15,965 nucleotides of DNA from Candidatus Fraserbacteria bacterium (GTDB lineage: Bacteria > Bipolaricaulota > Bipolaricaulia > RBG-16-55-9 > JANLFV01), in contig JBBIJD010000039.1 of the NCBI GenBank assembly GCA_037446135.1, forward strand, positions 1 through 15,965, read 5' to 3'. Below the pieces are notes generated by a model. The model was given only the letters and a program-made list of their open reading frames with translations, searched no databases and was not told where the DNA came from. A program made the translations under genes and the position numbers. Positions 6,241 through 15,418 of the stretch are shown in pieces (position 1 is the first letter of the stretch; each line of letters begins with the position of its first letter).

Positions 6241-7407
6241 ATGGAACAGGTAGAGAGGAAGAGCAGCAGGCTCATCCCCCTGATGGTGGGCCACTTCACC
6301 AACGACATCTATTCCAACTTCCTCCCGGCCTATATCCCTCAACTGATCAGCAAATTCTCGCTCTCGCTGACCCTGGCCGGGGCGGCCTCTTCGGTCTACT
6401 CCTCGCTCTCCTCGCTCACCCAGCTCTTCTTCGGCTTCCTCGGGGACCGTCTGGCACGGAGGTTCGTCCTCATCACCCCGCTGATCACCGCTCTTTTCAT
6501 GAGCGCCGTGGGCGCGATGCCCTCATACCCGCTCGTCCTCGGCTCTCTCATCCTCGCCGCGCTCGGGACGGCCGGGTTCCATCCCCTCTCCGCCTCGCTC
6601 GCCGGGGGCCTCTCCGAGAGGCATAAAGGGAGCACGATCTCGCTCTTCGTCGCCGCGGGCTCGCTCGGCTTTGCCCTCGGCCCACTCCTCGCGACGGGGT
6701 TCATCTCCTTGGCTGGGCTCGAGCGGACCTATCTCCTGGCTGTCCCGGCCCTGCTAGTCGCGCCTCTCCTCTGGCGGGCCGGAGTTATAGCTCGAGCCGC
6801 AAAGCCGGCCGAGGCGGTCCGGCCCCGCCTCTTGCTGGCCCTTCTCCCACTCTGGCTCGTCGTGGTCCTCCGGTCAGTGGTTCAGATCTCGTTCACGACC
6901 TTCCTCCTCGTCCTGCTGGAGGAGCGGGCCCTCTCCCACCTCACAGGAAGCTCTATCCTATTGCTCTTCCTCGTGATGGAGACGGTAGGGACTTTGCTCG
7001 GCGGGCATCTCTCTGATCGGTTCGGCCGGCGGAGGATCATCGCCCTCTCGCTCCTTTTGGCCTATCCGCTCTATCTGGGATTCCTCATCACTCGTGGACC
7101 GGTCTCGATCCTCTTCCTCGCCTCGGCCGGGGTGCTCGTCGCCGCCTCCGGCCCGGTGATCGTGACCCAAGCCCAGGAGCTCGTCCCGAGCCATGTGAAC
7201 ATGGCCTCAGCGATCACGATGGGCTTCGGCTGGGGGATCGCTGGGCTCTTGGTCAGCCTCGTCGGCTGGCTGGCCGACCTGTGGGGGCTCGCCGCGAGCC
7301 TGAGCTGGACGATCCTGGCCCTCCCGCTGGCCGGGGCTATCTCGCTCTTGACTAAAGAGCGGCCCAGGCTCAGCCCAAAGCCAGGGCACGGAGCCCGGAG
7401 TAGATGA
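6241..7407 (+). CDS. MFS transporter, Fsr (fosmidomycin-resistance)-like
   Basis: About 12 hydrophobic segments, GHFTNDIY…LP start, MFS motif A variants FGFLGDR and GGHLSDRFGRR, GFHP motif, AQELVP…ASAITMGFGWG. Confidence 0.9.
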   Translation: MEQVERKSSRLIPLMVGHFTNDIYSNFLPAYIPQLISKFSLSLTLAGAASSVYSSLSSLTQLFFGFLGDRLARRFVLITPLITALFMSAVGAMPSYPLVLGSLILAALGTAGFHPLSASLAGGLSERHKGSTISLFVAAGSLGFALGPLLATGFISLAGLERTYLLAVPALLVAPLLWRAGVIARAAKPAEAVRPRLLLALLPLWLVVVLRSVVQISFTTFLLVLLEERALSHLTGSSILLLFLVMETVGTLLGGHLSDRFGRRRIIALSLLLAYPLYLGFLITRGPVSILFLASAGVLVAASGPVIVTQAQELVPSHVNMASAITMGFGWGIAGLLVSLVGWLADLWGLAASLSWTILALPLAGAISLLTKERPRLSPKPGHGARSR

Positions 7408-8020
7408 ACCACCCGGCTAGGGCGATCAAGAAGAGCCCGCAGCCGAAGATCAGGCCGGTATAAAGCCTCTCGCCGATCAGCCGCTTCCCTTGAGAGAGGG
7501 CAACTGAGACGAGGGTGAGCCAGAGGAGGTCCGAGAGGATATGGCCGGTATAGAAGAACGGTAGCCCGAGCCAGCCCTGCTTGAGCGAGAGGAGGACATA
7601 GCTCGCCCCGATCGTCAGCCACCAGGTGATCCAATAGGGGTTGACGACGCTGGCCAAGAGGCCGCTAATGATCGGGCCAAACTTCCCTGTTGCTTCCCCC
7701 GCTCCACCGGTCTTAGCCAGCGCGAGCCTCCCTTGGAGGACATCGCGGATCATCCCCGAGCCGAGGAAGATCAAGGCCAGCCCGCCGGCTAGGCCCACAA
7801 TGGCCATCACCAGCTCGCTGGAGACGAACTGGCCCAGCCCAAGGGCGAGCATCAGGACTGCCACCAGCTCGATGAGCCCATGGCCAAGGGTCACTAGCGG
7901 GCCGGCGAGCGGGCCGTAGAGATAGGTCCCCTTGACTGTAGCCACAAAGAGCGGGCCGGGCATCAGCGCCCCGGAGAGGCCGACGACGAAAGATGTGAGG
8001 AAGAGCCCAAAGAGCGGCAT
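7370..8020 (-). CDS. LysE-family translocator
   Basis: GLSGALMPGP, LGHGLIE, GLLASVVNPYWITWWLTIG, FYTGHILSD; about 6 TMs. TAATG coupling to the upstream gene. Confidence 0.92.
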   Translation of the reverse strand: MPLFGLFLTSFVVGLSGALMPGPLFVATVKGTYLYGPLAGPLVTLGHGLIELVAVLMLALGLGQFVSSELVMAIVGLAGGLALIFLGSGMIRDVLQGRLALAKTGGAGEATGKFGPIISGLLASVVNPYWITWWLTIGASYVLLSLKQGWLGLPFFYTGHILSDLLWLTLVSVALSQGKRLIGERLYTGLIFGCGLFLIALAGWFIYSGLRALALG

Positions 8021-9384
8021 TAGAGGATCTTCCCCGGATTCATGATCCCGTTAGGGTCAAGGAGGGCCTTGATCTTCCGCATCAGTCCCAAGCTCAGCCC
8101 GTGCTCTCTTTCCATGAACCTCCGCTTCCCCAAGCCGACGCCGTGTTCGCCTGTGGCCGTCCCCTCCAGCTCTAGGGCCCGCTGGACGATCGCGGCATTG
8201 GCCGCCTCCGCCCGGGCGAGCTCCTCCCCGTCTCCGGGATGATAGAGGATCTCGACATGGAGGCTGCCCAGCCCGGCATGGCCGAAGAGGTAGCCCCGCA
8301 GCCCATGCTCCCGGAGGGCACGCTTGGCATATTCCACGATCTTGGGATAGCTCGAGAGCGGGACCGCGACATCGACGACGATCCCGGCCGCTTTGGGGAA
8401 GGCCCTCCGAATGGTGTCATGGACGGCATGGCGGGCCTCCCAGAGCCGGTCCCGCTCCTCCCTTCCCAGGCCGGCCTCGAGCCGGAAGGCCCCGGCGCAG
8501 ATCCTCCTCACCAATTGGAGGTCATCCTCTAAAGCGGCCCGGCCACTCCCTTGGAACTCCAGGAATAGCGTCGGTCGCTCCGGGAGCTGGAGCCCGTTGA
8601 ATTTGCTGATGAGGCCGACCGTCTCCTCGTCCATGAACTCCATTGCCGCCGGGACGAGCCCAGCCCCCACCAGCTCAGCCACCGCTGCCGCGGCCTCGGT
8701 GATCGTGGGAAAGCTCACCACCGCTGCGAGGAACTCCGCCGGGAGCCCCGTAAGGAGCAAGGTCACTTCGGTGATCACCCCCAATGTCCCCTCTGAGCCG
8801 ATGAAGAGCCTCTTCAGGTCATAGCCCGAGGAGCTCCGCCTCGCCCGCGAGCCGACCTCGATGATCTCGCCCGTGGGGAGGACGACCTCCAGCTCGAGGA
8901 CCTGGTCCCCGGTAGAGCCATACTTCATCGCCCGGATCCCCTTGGCGTCGTTCGCGACCATCCCTCCGATCGTGGCCGTCGCCCCGGGATCTGGGGGGAA
9001 GAAGAGGCCATAGCGTTCGAGCTTCTTGTTCAGCCTCACGAAGTCGAGCCCGGCCTCGACCCGGGCCTGGAGGTCCTCCGGCTTGATCCAGAGCACCCGG
9101 TCCATCAGCCTCATGTCCAGTGCAATCCCGCCTGCGACCGGGATCGGGTTCCCTTCGAGGCTCGTCCCCGCGGCCCAGGGGGTCACTGGGATCTTCCTCG
9201 AATTGGCGAGCTTGAGGATCGCGCTGATCTCCTCCGCCGAGCGGGGCCAGACCACCACCTCCGGCCGGGAAGGGGGATGATGGGACTCATCCCTCGAATG
9301 GAGCTCTAACTCCGACTCACCGGTCGAGAGCCGCTCCGGCCCGACGAGCTCGCGGAGGCGAGCCAGATCTTCCTCTGAGAGCAT
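8020..9384 (-). CDS. FAD-linked oxidase/dehydrogenase, GlcD / D-lactate dehydrogenase family
   Basis: AGTSLEG, FPPDPGATATIGGM, SGYDLKRLFIGSEGTLGVITE, GHAG, GEHGVGLGK, LDPNGIMNPGK. ATG directly follows the fadN stop. Confidence 0.93.
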   Translation of the reverse strand: MLSEEDLARLRELVGPERLSTGESELELHSRDESHHPPSRPEVVVWPRSAEEISAILKLANSRKIPVTPWAAGTSLEGNPIPVAGGIALDMRLMDRVLWIKPEDLQARVEAGLDFVRLNKKLERYGLFFPPDPGATATIGGMVANDAKGIRAMKYGSTGDQVLELEVVLPTGEIIEVGSRARRSSSGYDLKRLFIGSEGTLGVITEVTLLLTGLPAEFLAAVVSFPTITEAAAAVAELVGAGLVPAAMEFMDEETVGLISKFNGLQLPERPTLFLEFQGSGRAALEDDLQLVRRICAGAFRLEAGLGREERDRLWEARHAVHDTIRRAFPKAAGIVVDVAVPLSSYPKIVEYAKRALREHGLRGYLFGHAGLGSLHVEILYHPGDGEELARAEAANAAIVQRALELEGTATGEHGVGLGKRRFMEREHGLSLGLMRKIKALLDPNGIMNPGKIL

Positions 9385-11775
9385 CTAATTCCGCAGCGTC
9401 TTCCCCGTGGAGAGGAAGTGCTGGATCCGCTCCTGAGTCTTCGTCGTCCCGCAGAGGCTCAAGAAGGCCTCTCGCTCCAGGTCCAGAAGATGCTGCTCCG
9501 TGACCTCAGCCCCCTCGGGGAGGTCCCCACCGCTCATCACCCTCGCGAGCTTCCTCGCCATGAGGGCCTCATGCTCGGTGATGTAGTTTCCCCACTGGTA
9601 GTTCTTGATCCCGATGAGGAGTGCCCCATAGCCATTCCTCCCCAGGACCTTGATCTTCCGCGGCTGCCTGGGGGTGAACCCGAGCCGGTGCATCTCGAGG
9701 ACCTCGGCCTTGGCATCGGCGAGCAGGCGGTCGCGGTTCATCGTGATCCCATCCTCCGCGCGGAGGAAGCCGAGCCGCTTAGCGTCCTTAGCCGAGGAGG
9801 AGACCTTGGCCAGGGCGATCGTCTCGAAGGCCCGCTGGACGAAGGGGAGGAGGTCCAGATTCGCCCCCGGAGGGACGGCCTCCAGCGCCCTCAGCAGGAG
9901 CTCCTTCGTGCCCCCGCCGCCGGGGATGAGGCCGACCCCGAACTCGACCTGGCCCATGTAGAGCTCCATGTGGGCCCGGACCCTCGCTGCGGCCATAGTG
10001 ATCTCCGCGCCCCCGCCGAGGGTCATCCCGAATGGGGCGACCACCACGGGCTTCTCGAAGTATTTGATCGCCATGTTCGCGTCCTGGAATCGCTTCACCA
10101 CCCGATCGAGCTCGTCCCACTGGCGGGCCTGGGCCGCACCGAGGATCAAGAGCACATTCGCCCCGGCGGAGAAGTGTTCTCCCTCGTTCCCGATCACCAG
10201 GCCGAGGAAGTTCTTCCTCACCTCCTCGAGAGCGATATAGATCATCTCGATGATATCCTGATCGATGGTGTTCATCCTCGTGCGGAACTCCAGGCAGGCC
10301 ACCCCATCGCCGAGGTCGAGGAGTGCCGCTCCCTTATTCTCTCGGACCGGGGGCTTCGCCTCCTTCACATCGGAGAGGACAAGGACCCCCGCAGGCCGAG
10401 GGAGCTCCTTGTAGCTTCCGGAGAGGTCGAAGTAGAACTTCTTCGAGTCCGCGCGCTTGTAGAAGCTCTCCCCGACCTTGAGGAGTTCCTCCACGAGCTT
10501 GGGGACCTTCCGGCCCTCACGAGCCAGCCTTTCCGCGGTCGCACGGACCCCCAGGGCATCCCAGGTCTCGAACGGCCCAAGCTCCCAGTTGAACCCCCAC
10601 TTCATCGCATTGTCCACGGCATAGATGGTGTCGGAGATCTCGGGGACGAGCTCCGCGGCATAGCAAATGGTTGCGGAGAGAGACTTCCAGACGAGTTGCC
10701 CTGCAGGATCATCATAGGAGGCGATGGCCTTGACTCGCTCGCGGACATCCTTGAGCCCCTTAGTTCGGGTGAGTGCCTCGAATTCCCGCTCTTCCTGAGG
10801 GCGATAGTCCATGCTCTTGTAGTCGAAGACGAGGTAGACCTTCCCGCCATCCTTCTCCACAGCCTTATAAAAGCCTTGGCCGGCCTTTCGCCCCAGAAGC
10901 CCTTGAGAGATCATCTTCTGCAAGAACTCCGGGAGTCGGTAGATCCCGCGCTGGGGGTCATTGGGGAGCCGCTCGAACATGTTCTTAGTGACATCAGCGA
11001 TCACATCCAGGCCGACGAGGTCCATTGTCCGGAAGACCGCGGACTTCGGCCTCCCCAGCGGCGGGCCGAAGAGCTTGTCCACATCCTCGACATGATAGCC
11101 CCCGTCCTCCATGGCCTTGATCAGATGCATGATCGAGAAGATCCCGATCCGGTTAGCGATGAAATTCGGGGTGTCCTTGGCCAGGACCACCCCCTTCCCC
11201 AGGACCCGGTCGGCATAGTTCTGCATAAACTCTAGGATCCCCGGATCGGTCCGCTCACCGGGGACGACCTCCAGGAGCTTCATGTATCTCGGGGGATTGA
11301 AGAAGTGGGTGATCAGGGTATGGTTCTGCAACTCTGGGGAGAAGCCTTCGAGGATCGCCGCGAGCGGGATCCCCGAGGTATTAGAACTGATGATAGCATG
11401 CGGGGCACGGTATCTCTCGATCTTACTGAAGACCTCTCGCTTGATATCGAGCCGCTCGAAGACGGCCTCGACGATCCAATCCGCCTCTCTCAGCCAATCA
11501 AGGTTATCCTCGATATTCCCCGGGGTAATCAGCTCCGCATCGGCTTGGTCATAGAGGACCGCTGGCTGGGCCTTCCTCATCCGGTCAATCGCCCCGGAGG
11601 CGATCCGATTCCGGACTGCCCGGTCTTGCAAGGTAAGTCCTTGCCTCTTCTCATCCTCAGTGAGCTCGCGGGGGACGATATCCAAGAGATAAGTCTTCAC
11701 CCCAACGCCGGCGAGGAGGGCCGCGATCCCGCTACCCATCACCCCAGCACCGATGACCGCTGCTCTCTTGATCAT
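9385..11775 (-). CDS. fadN: 3-hydroxyacyl-CoA dehydrogenase / enoyl-CoA hydratase, FadN-type (HAD domain first, ECH domain second)
   Basis: GAGVMGSGIA Rossmann motif, SSNTSG, THFFNPPRYMKLLE, KDTPNFIANR; crotonase motifs FSAGAN, GGGAE, VEFGVGLIPGGGG; C-terminal GKTLRN. RBS AGGAGGT. Confidence 0.93.
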   Translation of the reverse strand: MIKRAAVIGAGVMGSGIAALLAGVGVKTYLLDIVPRELTEDEKRQGLTLQDRAVRNRIASGAIDRMRKAQPAVLYDQADAELITPGNIEDNLDWLREADWIVEAVFERLDIKREVFSKIERYRAPHAIISSNTSGIPLAAILEGFSPELQNHTLITHFFNPPRYMKLLEVVPGERTDPGILEFMQNYADRVLGKGVVLAKDTPNFIANRIGIFSIMHLIKAMEDGGYHVEDVDKLFGPPLGRPKSAVFRTMDLVGLDVIADVTKNMFERLPNDPQRGIYRLPEFLQKMISQGLLGRKAGQGFYKAVEKDGGKVYLVFDYKSMDYRPQEEREFEALTRTKGLKDVRERVKAIASYDDPAGQLVWKSLSATICYAAELVPEISDTIYAVDNAMKWGFNWELGPFETWDALGVRATAERLAREGRKVPKLVEELLKVGESFYKRADSKKFYFDLSGSYKELPRPAGVLVLSDVKEAKPPVRENKGAALLDLGDGVACLEFRTRMNTIDQDIIEMIYIALEEVRKNFLGLVIGNEGEHFSAGANVLLILGAAQARQWDELDRVVKRFQDANMAIKYFEKPVVVAPFGMTLGGGAEITMAAARVRAHMELYMGQVEFGVGLIPGGGGTKELLLRALEAVPPGANLDLLPFVQRAFETIALAKVSSSAKDAKRLGFLRAEDGITMNRDRLLADAKAEVLEMHRLGFTPRQPRKIKVLGRNGYGALLIGIKNYQWGNYITEHEALMARKLARVMSGGDLPEGAEVTEQHLLDLEREAFLSLCGTTKTQERIQHFLSTGKTLRN

Positions 11776-11793
11776 CCTTGCTTACCTCCTAAA

Positions 11794-12942
11794 CTAGACG
11801 CGCTCGAAGATCGCTGCCATCCCTTGCCCACCCCCGACGCACATCGTCACCAGGCCACGCTCAGCATCCCGCCGAGCCAGCTCATAGGCGAGGGTCACGA
11901 CCAGCCTGCACCCTGATGAGCCCAGGGCATGGCCGAGTGCGATCGCCCCGCCGTTGACATTCAGTTTCTCTAAAGGCAGGTCGAGCTGGCGGATCACGGC
12001 GAGTGATTGGGCGGCAAAGGCCTCGTTCAGCTCGATGAGGTCGATATCATTTAAGGTCAGCCCGGCCTTCTTCAGCACCTTCGGGACCGCCTCGACTGGC
12101 CCGATCCCCATGATCTCCGGTGGGACACCTGCCGCAGCGGCGGAGACGAACCTCAGGAGCGGCTTGAGCCGCAACTTCCGGGCCTTCTGCTTCGAAGCCA
12201 ACAGGACCGCCGAGGCCCCATCAGTGAGAGGGGAGGAGTTCCCGGCCGTGACCGTCCCCCCCTGCTTGAAGGCCGGTGGGAGCTTGGCCATCGCTTCCAG
12301 ACTGGTGTCGAACCTTATCGTCTCGTCGACCTCGTGGAGGACCTCCTGGCCGTCCAGCTTGACCTTCAAAGGGATGATCTCTTCCTTGAACTTCCCTTCC
12401 TTTGTGGCCCTAGCCGCCTTCATCTGGGACTCGTAGGCGAACTTGTCCTGATCCTCCCGAGAGATGTTGAACTTCGCGGCCACATTCTCCGCGGTAATCC
12501 CCATCGGGGTGTAGACCTCAGGATACTTCTCCGCCAGGTCGGGATTCGGCCGAGCGACATAGCCCCCCATCGGGACCATGGTCATCGATTCCACTCCGCC
12601 TGCGAGGATCAGCTCGGCATCGCCACAGGCGATCGCGTAAGCGGCGGAGGCGATCGTCTCCAGCCCAGAGGCGCAAAATCGGTTGATGGTCACCGCCGGG
12701 ACAGAGGCCGGTATCCCGGCGATGAATTGGGCGATCCTCGCCACATTCAAGCCCTGATGGGCCTCAGGCATGGCGCAGCCGATCCGGATGTCATCCAGCT
12801 CTTTCGGGTCGAGCCCCACCCTCTCGATGAGGGCCTTCATGACCTGGCCTAAGAGGTCATCGGGCCTGGTCTGGCGTAAGCGGCCCCGATTGGCCCGCCC
12901 GCTCGCGGAGCGGACGGCCCCCACAACCACTACTTCTCTCAT
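11794..12942 (-). CDS. fadA: Acetyl-CoA C-acyltransferase (thiolase)
   Basis: NRFCASGL (Cys), NEAFA, GGAIALGH (His), MCVGGGQG (Cys). Start placed at ATG 12942 behind GGAGGG rather than GTG 12963. Confidence 0.95.
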   Translation of the reverse strand: MREVVVVGAVRSASGRANRGRLRQTRPDDLLGQVMKALIERVGLDPKELDDIRIGCAMPEAHQGLNVARIAQFIAGIPASVPAVTINRFCASGLETIASAAYAIACGDAELILAGGVESMTMVPMGGYVARPNPDLAEKYPEVYTPMGITAENVAAKFNISREDQDKFAYESQMKAARATKEGKFKEEIIPLKVKLDGQEVLHEVDETIRFDTSLEAMAKLPPAFKQGGTVTAGNSSPLTDGASAVLLASKQKARKLRLKPLLRFVSAAAAGVPPEIMGIGPVEAVPKVLKKAGLTLNDIDLIELNEAFAAQSLAVIRQLDLPLEKLNVNGGAIALGHALGSSGCRLVVTLAYELARRDAERGLVTMCVGGGQGMAAIFERV

Positions 12943-12966
12943 CTCACTTCTCCCTCCTTCCACACA

Positions 12967-13671
12967 TCATCCGCCGAGGTAGACCCGGCGGATATGCTCA
13001 TCTTGACAGAACTCCGTCGGAGTCCCTTCCTTGACAATCCTCCCCGTCTCTAAGAGATAGAGCCGCTGAGAGCGCTCGAGCGCGAAGACCACATTCTGCT
13101 CCGCTAGGAGGATCGTCACCCCCCGATCATTGATCTCCTTCAGGGCCGCAGAGATCGCCCGTCGGACGAGTGGCGCGAGCCCTAAGGTCGGCTCATCCAA
13201 TAAAAGGAGCCTTGGGCTCCCCATGAGGGCCCGGCCGATCGCCAGCATCTGTTGCTCCCCGCCGGAGAGGGTCCGTGCGAGCTGCCTCTTCCTCTCCTTG
13301 AGGATCGGGAAGAGGCTATAGACCAGCTCGAGGTCCTGGCGGATCGTCCTATCCCGATCGCGCCTGTAGGCCCCGAGCATTAGGTTATCGTAGACGGACA
13401 TGAAAGGGAAGAGGTGGCGCTCCTCGGGGCAGTGGATGATCCCTAAGCTGACGATCGCCGCCGGGCTGCGTGGGAGCCCTTGCCCTTTGAACCGGATCTG
13501 GCCGTGATACTCCTTCAACCCGGAGATGGCCCGGAAGAGGGTCGTCTTTCCCGCACCGTTCGGGCCGATCAGGGCCACGAACTCCCCCTCCCCGACACTG
13601 AGAGCCACATCCCGCAAGACATGGGCCTTACTGTAATAGACATCAAGGTCGGCGACCTCTAAGAGTCTCAT
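12967..13671 (-). CDS. livF: HAAT/LIV-family ABC transporter ATP-binding protein
   Basis: GPNGAGKTT, PEERHLF, LSGGEQQMLAIGRALM, LDEPTLGLAP, AEQN, YLG end. Confidence 0.95.
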   Translation of the reverse strand: MRLLEVADLDVYYSKAHVLRDVALSVGEGEFVALIGPNGAGKTTLFRAISGLKEYHGQIRFKGQGLPRSPAAIVSLGIIHCPEERHLFPFMSVYDNLMLGAYRRDRDRTIRQDLELVYSLFPILKERKRQLARTLSGGEQQMLAIGRALMGSPRLLLLDEPTLGLAPLVRRAISAALKEINDRGVTILLAEQNVVFALERSQRLYLLETGRIVKEGTPTEFCQDEHIRRVYLGG

Positions 13672-13677
13672 CTCGGC

Positions 13678-14412
13678 CTAGAACCTCCCACCGGCGAGAT
13701 AGGCCTCCTGGACCTTAGGATCGGCGGCCACCTCCGCTGGAGTCCCCTCGGCGAGCTTCTCCCCGAAGCAGATCACCACCACCCGATCGACCAACCTCAT
13801 CACCCCGCGCATATTGTGGTCGACCAAGACGATCGTCCGGCCCTCACTTCTGAGCCTGGAGATCACTCCCGAGACCTCCTCCACCTCAGCGGCGGAGAGG
13901 CCGGCGAAAGGCTCATCGAGCAGGAGCACCTGCGGGTCGGTGGCAATCGCCTTAGCGATCTCTAGTCGCCGCAAGCCGGCATGGGGTAGGGCAGGGGGGA
14001 GCTTCTCCAACTCCGCACTCAGGCCGACCAGCTCGCTCACCGCCAGGACCTTCCTCTCCCGTGCCCGGCGGTCCTCCCGGGCGAGGAGCTCGTTCTTGAT
14101 CGTGGAGAGCTCGATGTTCTCGAAGACCGTCTTATGCCGGAGATAACGCGAGAGCTGGAAGACCCGAGCGATCCCGGCGTTGACGATCCGATAGGTCCGC
14201 CAGCCGGTGATCTCCTGGCCATTGAAGAAGACCCGTCCAGAGTCCGGCCGCAGGTTCCCCATGATCAGATTGAAGACGGTCGTCTTCCCCGCCCCGTTCG
14301 GGCCGATGAACCCCAGGATCTCGCCTTCCTCAACGGCGAAGCTGAGGTCGTTGACCGCGACCAGGCCGCCGAAGCTCTTCCTAAGCCGCTCTAGCTCGAG
14401 GACAGTTCTCAT
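13678..14412 (-). CDS. livG: HAAT/LIV-family ABC transporter ATP-binding protein
   Basis: FGGLVAV, GPNGAGKTT, GIARVFQ, RRLEIAKA, LLDEPFAGL, DHNM, DPKVQEAYL. Start placed at ATG 14412 behind AGGAGGT. Confidence 0.95.
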   Translation of the reverse strand: MRTVLELERLRKSFGGLVAVNDLSFAVEEGEILGFIGPNGAGKTTVFNLIMGNLRPDSGRVFFNGQEITGWRTYRIVNAGIARVFQLSRYLRHKTVFENIELSTIKNELLAREDRRARERKVLAVSELVGLSAELEKLPPALPHAGLRRLEIAKAIATDPQVLLLDEPFAGLSAAEVEEVSGVISRLRSEGRTIVLVDHNMRGVMRLVDRVVVICFGEKLAEGTPAEVAADPKVQEAYLAGGRF

Positions 14413-14413
14413 C

Positions 14414-15418
14414 TCACTGTGACCTCCTTGGGAGAGGGAAGAGCCTCCCCCAGAGCCTCTGGAGGGCCGGGAGGAGCCCCTGCCGGGCAAAGAAAAGGAG
14501 GAGGATCAGGAGGATCAGGAAGACCAAGACATCCCACTCCTTCAGGAATCCCAGCGCTGGGGAGAGCTGCCCGAGCCCCTTGAGCCCCTCCTGGCCCCCG
14601 ATCAAGAGGTAAGAGCCGAGGAGCGGCCCGAGGATTGTCCCCATCCCTCCAGCGATTGCGGCGATGATCAGCTCTACGGAGAGGGTGAGAGAGAGGACCG
14701 TCGAGGGGATCAGGCTCCCCCAGTAATGGACATAGAAGGCCCCGCCCAGGCCGGCGACGAATGAGCTGATGATGAATGAGAAGATCTTGTATTTTGCGAC
14801 ATTGATCCCCGCCGCCTCGACTGCCTCCTCATTCTCTCTTATGGCCTCGAAGATCTTCCCGATCTTAGTCCGGGCGATCAAGCTCAGTCCGGCGACGACG
14901 AGGACCATGAGGCCGAGGGAATAGAAGTAGTTGATCCGCTGATGGGGGATAAAGCCGCGGGTCGAACTCAAGGGGGTCAGGCCGTATTTCCCCAGCTCGC
15001 CCCCGGTGAAGTCCGAGAAGGTCAGGACGAGCTTTATGGCCACGATCGGGAGGATCAAGGTCACCAGGCTGAAATAAGGGCCGTGGAGGCGTAGGGCCGG
15101 GACCGCGACGAGCAGTCCCATCAGGACGGCAGCGATCACGCCAGTAGGGATGGTCAGCCAGAGCGGGAGCTTCAAGTAGATGTTGAGGAGTGAGCTGGTG
15201 TAACCGGCTGCGCCGATGAAGAAGGCATGGCCGAAGCTGATCTGACCGGTATAGCCGGAGAGGATGTCCCAGCTCATGGCGAAGACCGCGAAGTAATTCG
15301 CTAAAGTCAGGACGGTGATCCACCTCGGCTGACGGACGAGCAGGAATGGCGCGAGCACGAGCAACGCGAGCAGAGCGACATAGATCAAGCCGCAGCTGAG
15401 GTAACGAGCCCGTATCAT
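14414..15418 (-). CDS. livM: HAAT/LIV-family ABC transporter permease
   Basis: GYTGQISFGHAFFIG, LRLHGPYF, TGGELG, AIRENEEAVEAAGIN, GGMGTILGP. Start placed at ATG 15418, an ATGA overlap with the livH stop. Confidence 0.95.
   Translation of the reverse strand: MIRARYLSCGLIYVALLALLVLAPFLLVRQPRWITVLTLANYFAVFAMSWDILSGYTGQISFGHAFFIGAAGYTSSLLNIYLKLPLWLTIPTGVIAAVLMGLLVAVPALRLHGPYFSLVTLILPIVAIKLVLTFSDFTGGELGKYGLTPLSSTRGFIPHQRINYFYSLGLMVLVVAGLSLIARTKIGKIFEAIRENEEAVEAAGINVAKYKIFSFIISSFVAGLGGAFYVHYWGSLIPSTVLSLTLSVELIIAAIAGGMGTILGPLLGSYLLIGGQEGLKGLGQLSPALGFLKEWDVLVFLILLILLLFFARQGLLPALQRLWGRLFPLPRRSQ

Noticed and set aside
9418..11235. 605-aa plus-strand ORF antisense to fadN
   Set aside because: It mirrors the fadN codon frame, has no recognisable motifs, and is the kind of shadow ORF expected from GC-rich codon bias.
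998..15323. Many 60-240 aa ORFs overlapping the called genes, e.g. 998..1537, 1540..2262, 3867..4391, 7071..7634, 11305..11916
   Set aside because: They lie on alternative or antisense frames of well-supported genes and have low-complexity Arg/Pro/Ser/Gly composition without family motifs.
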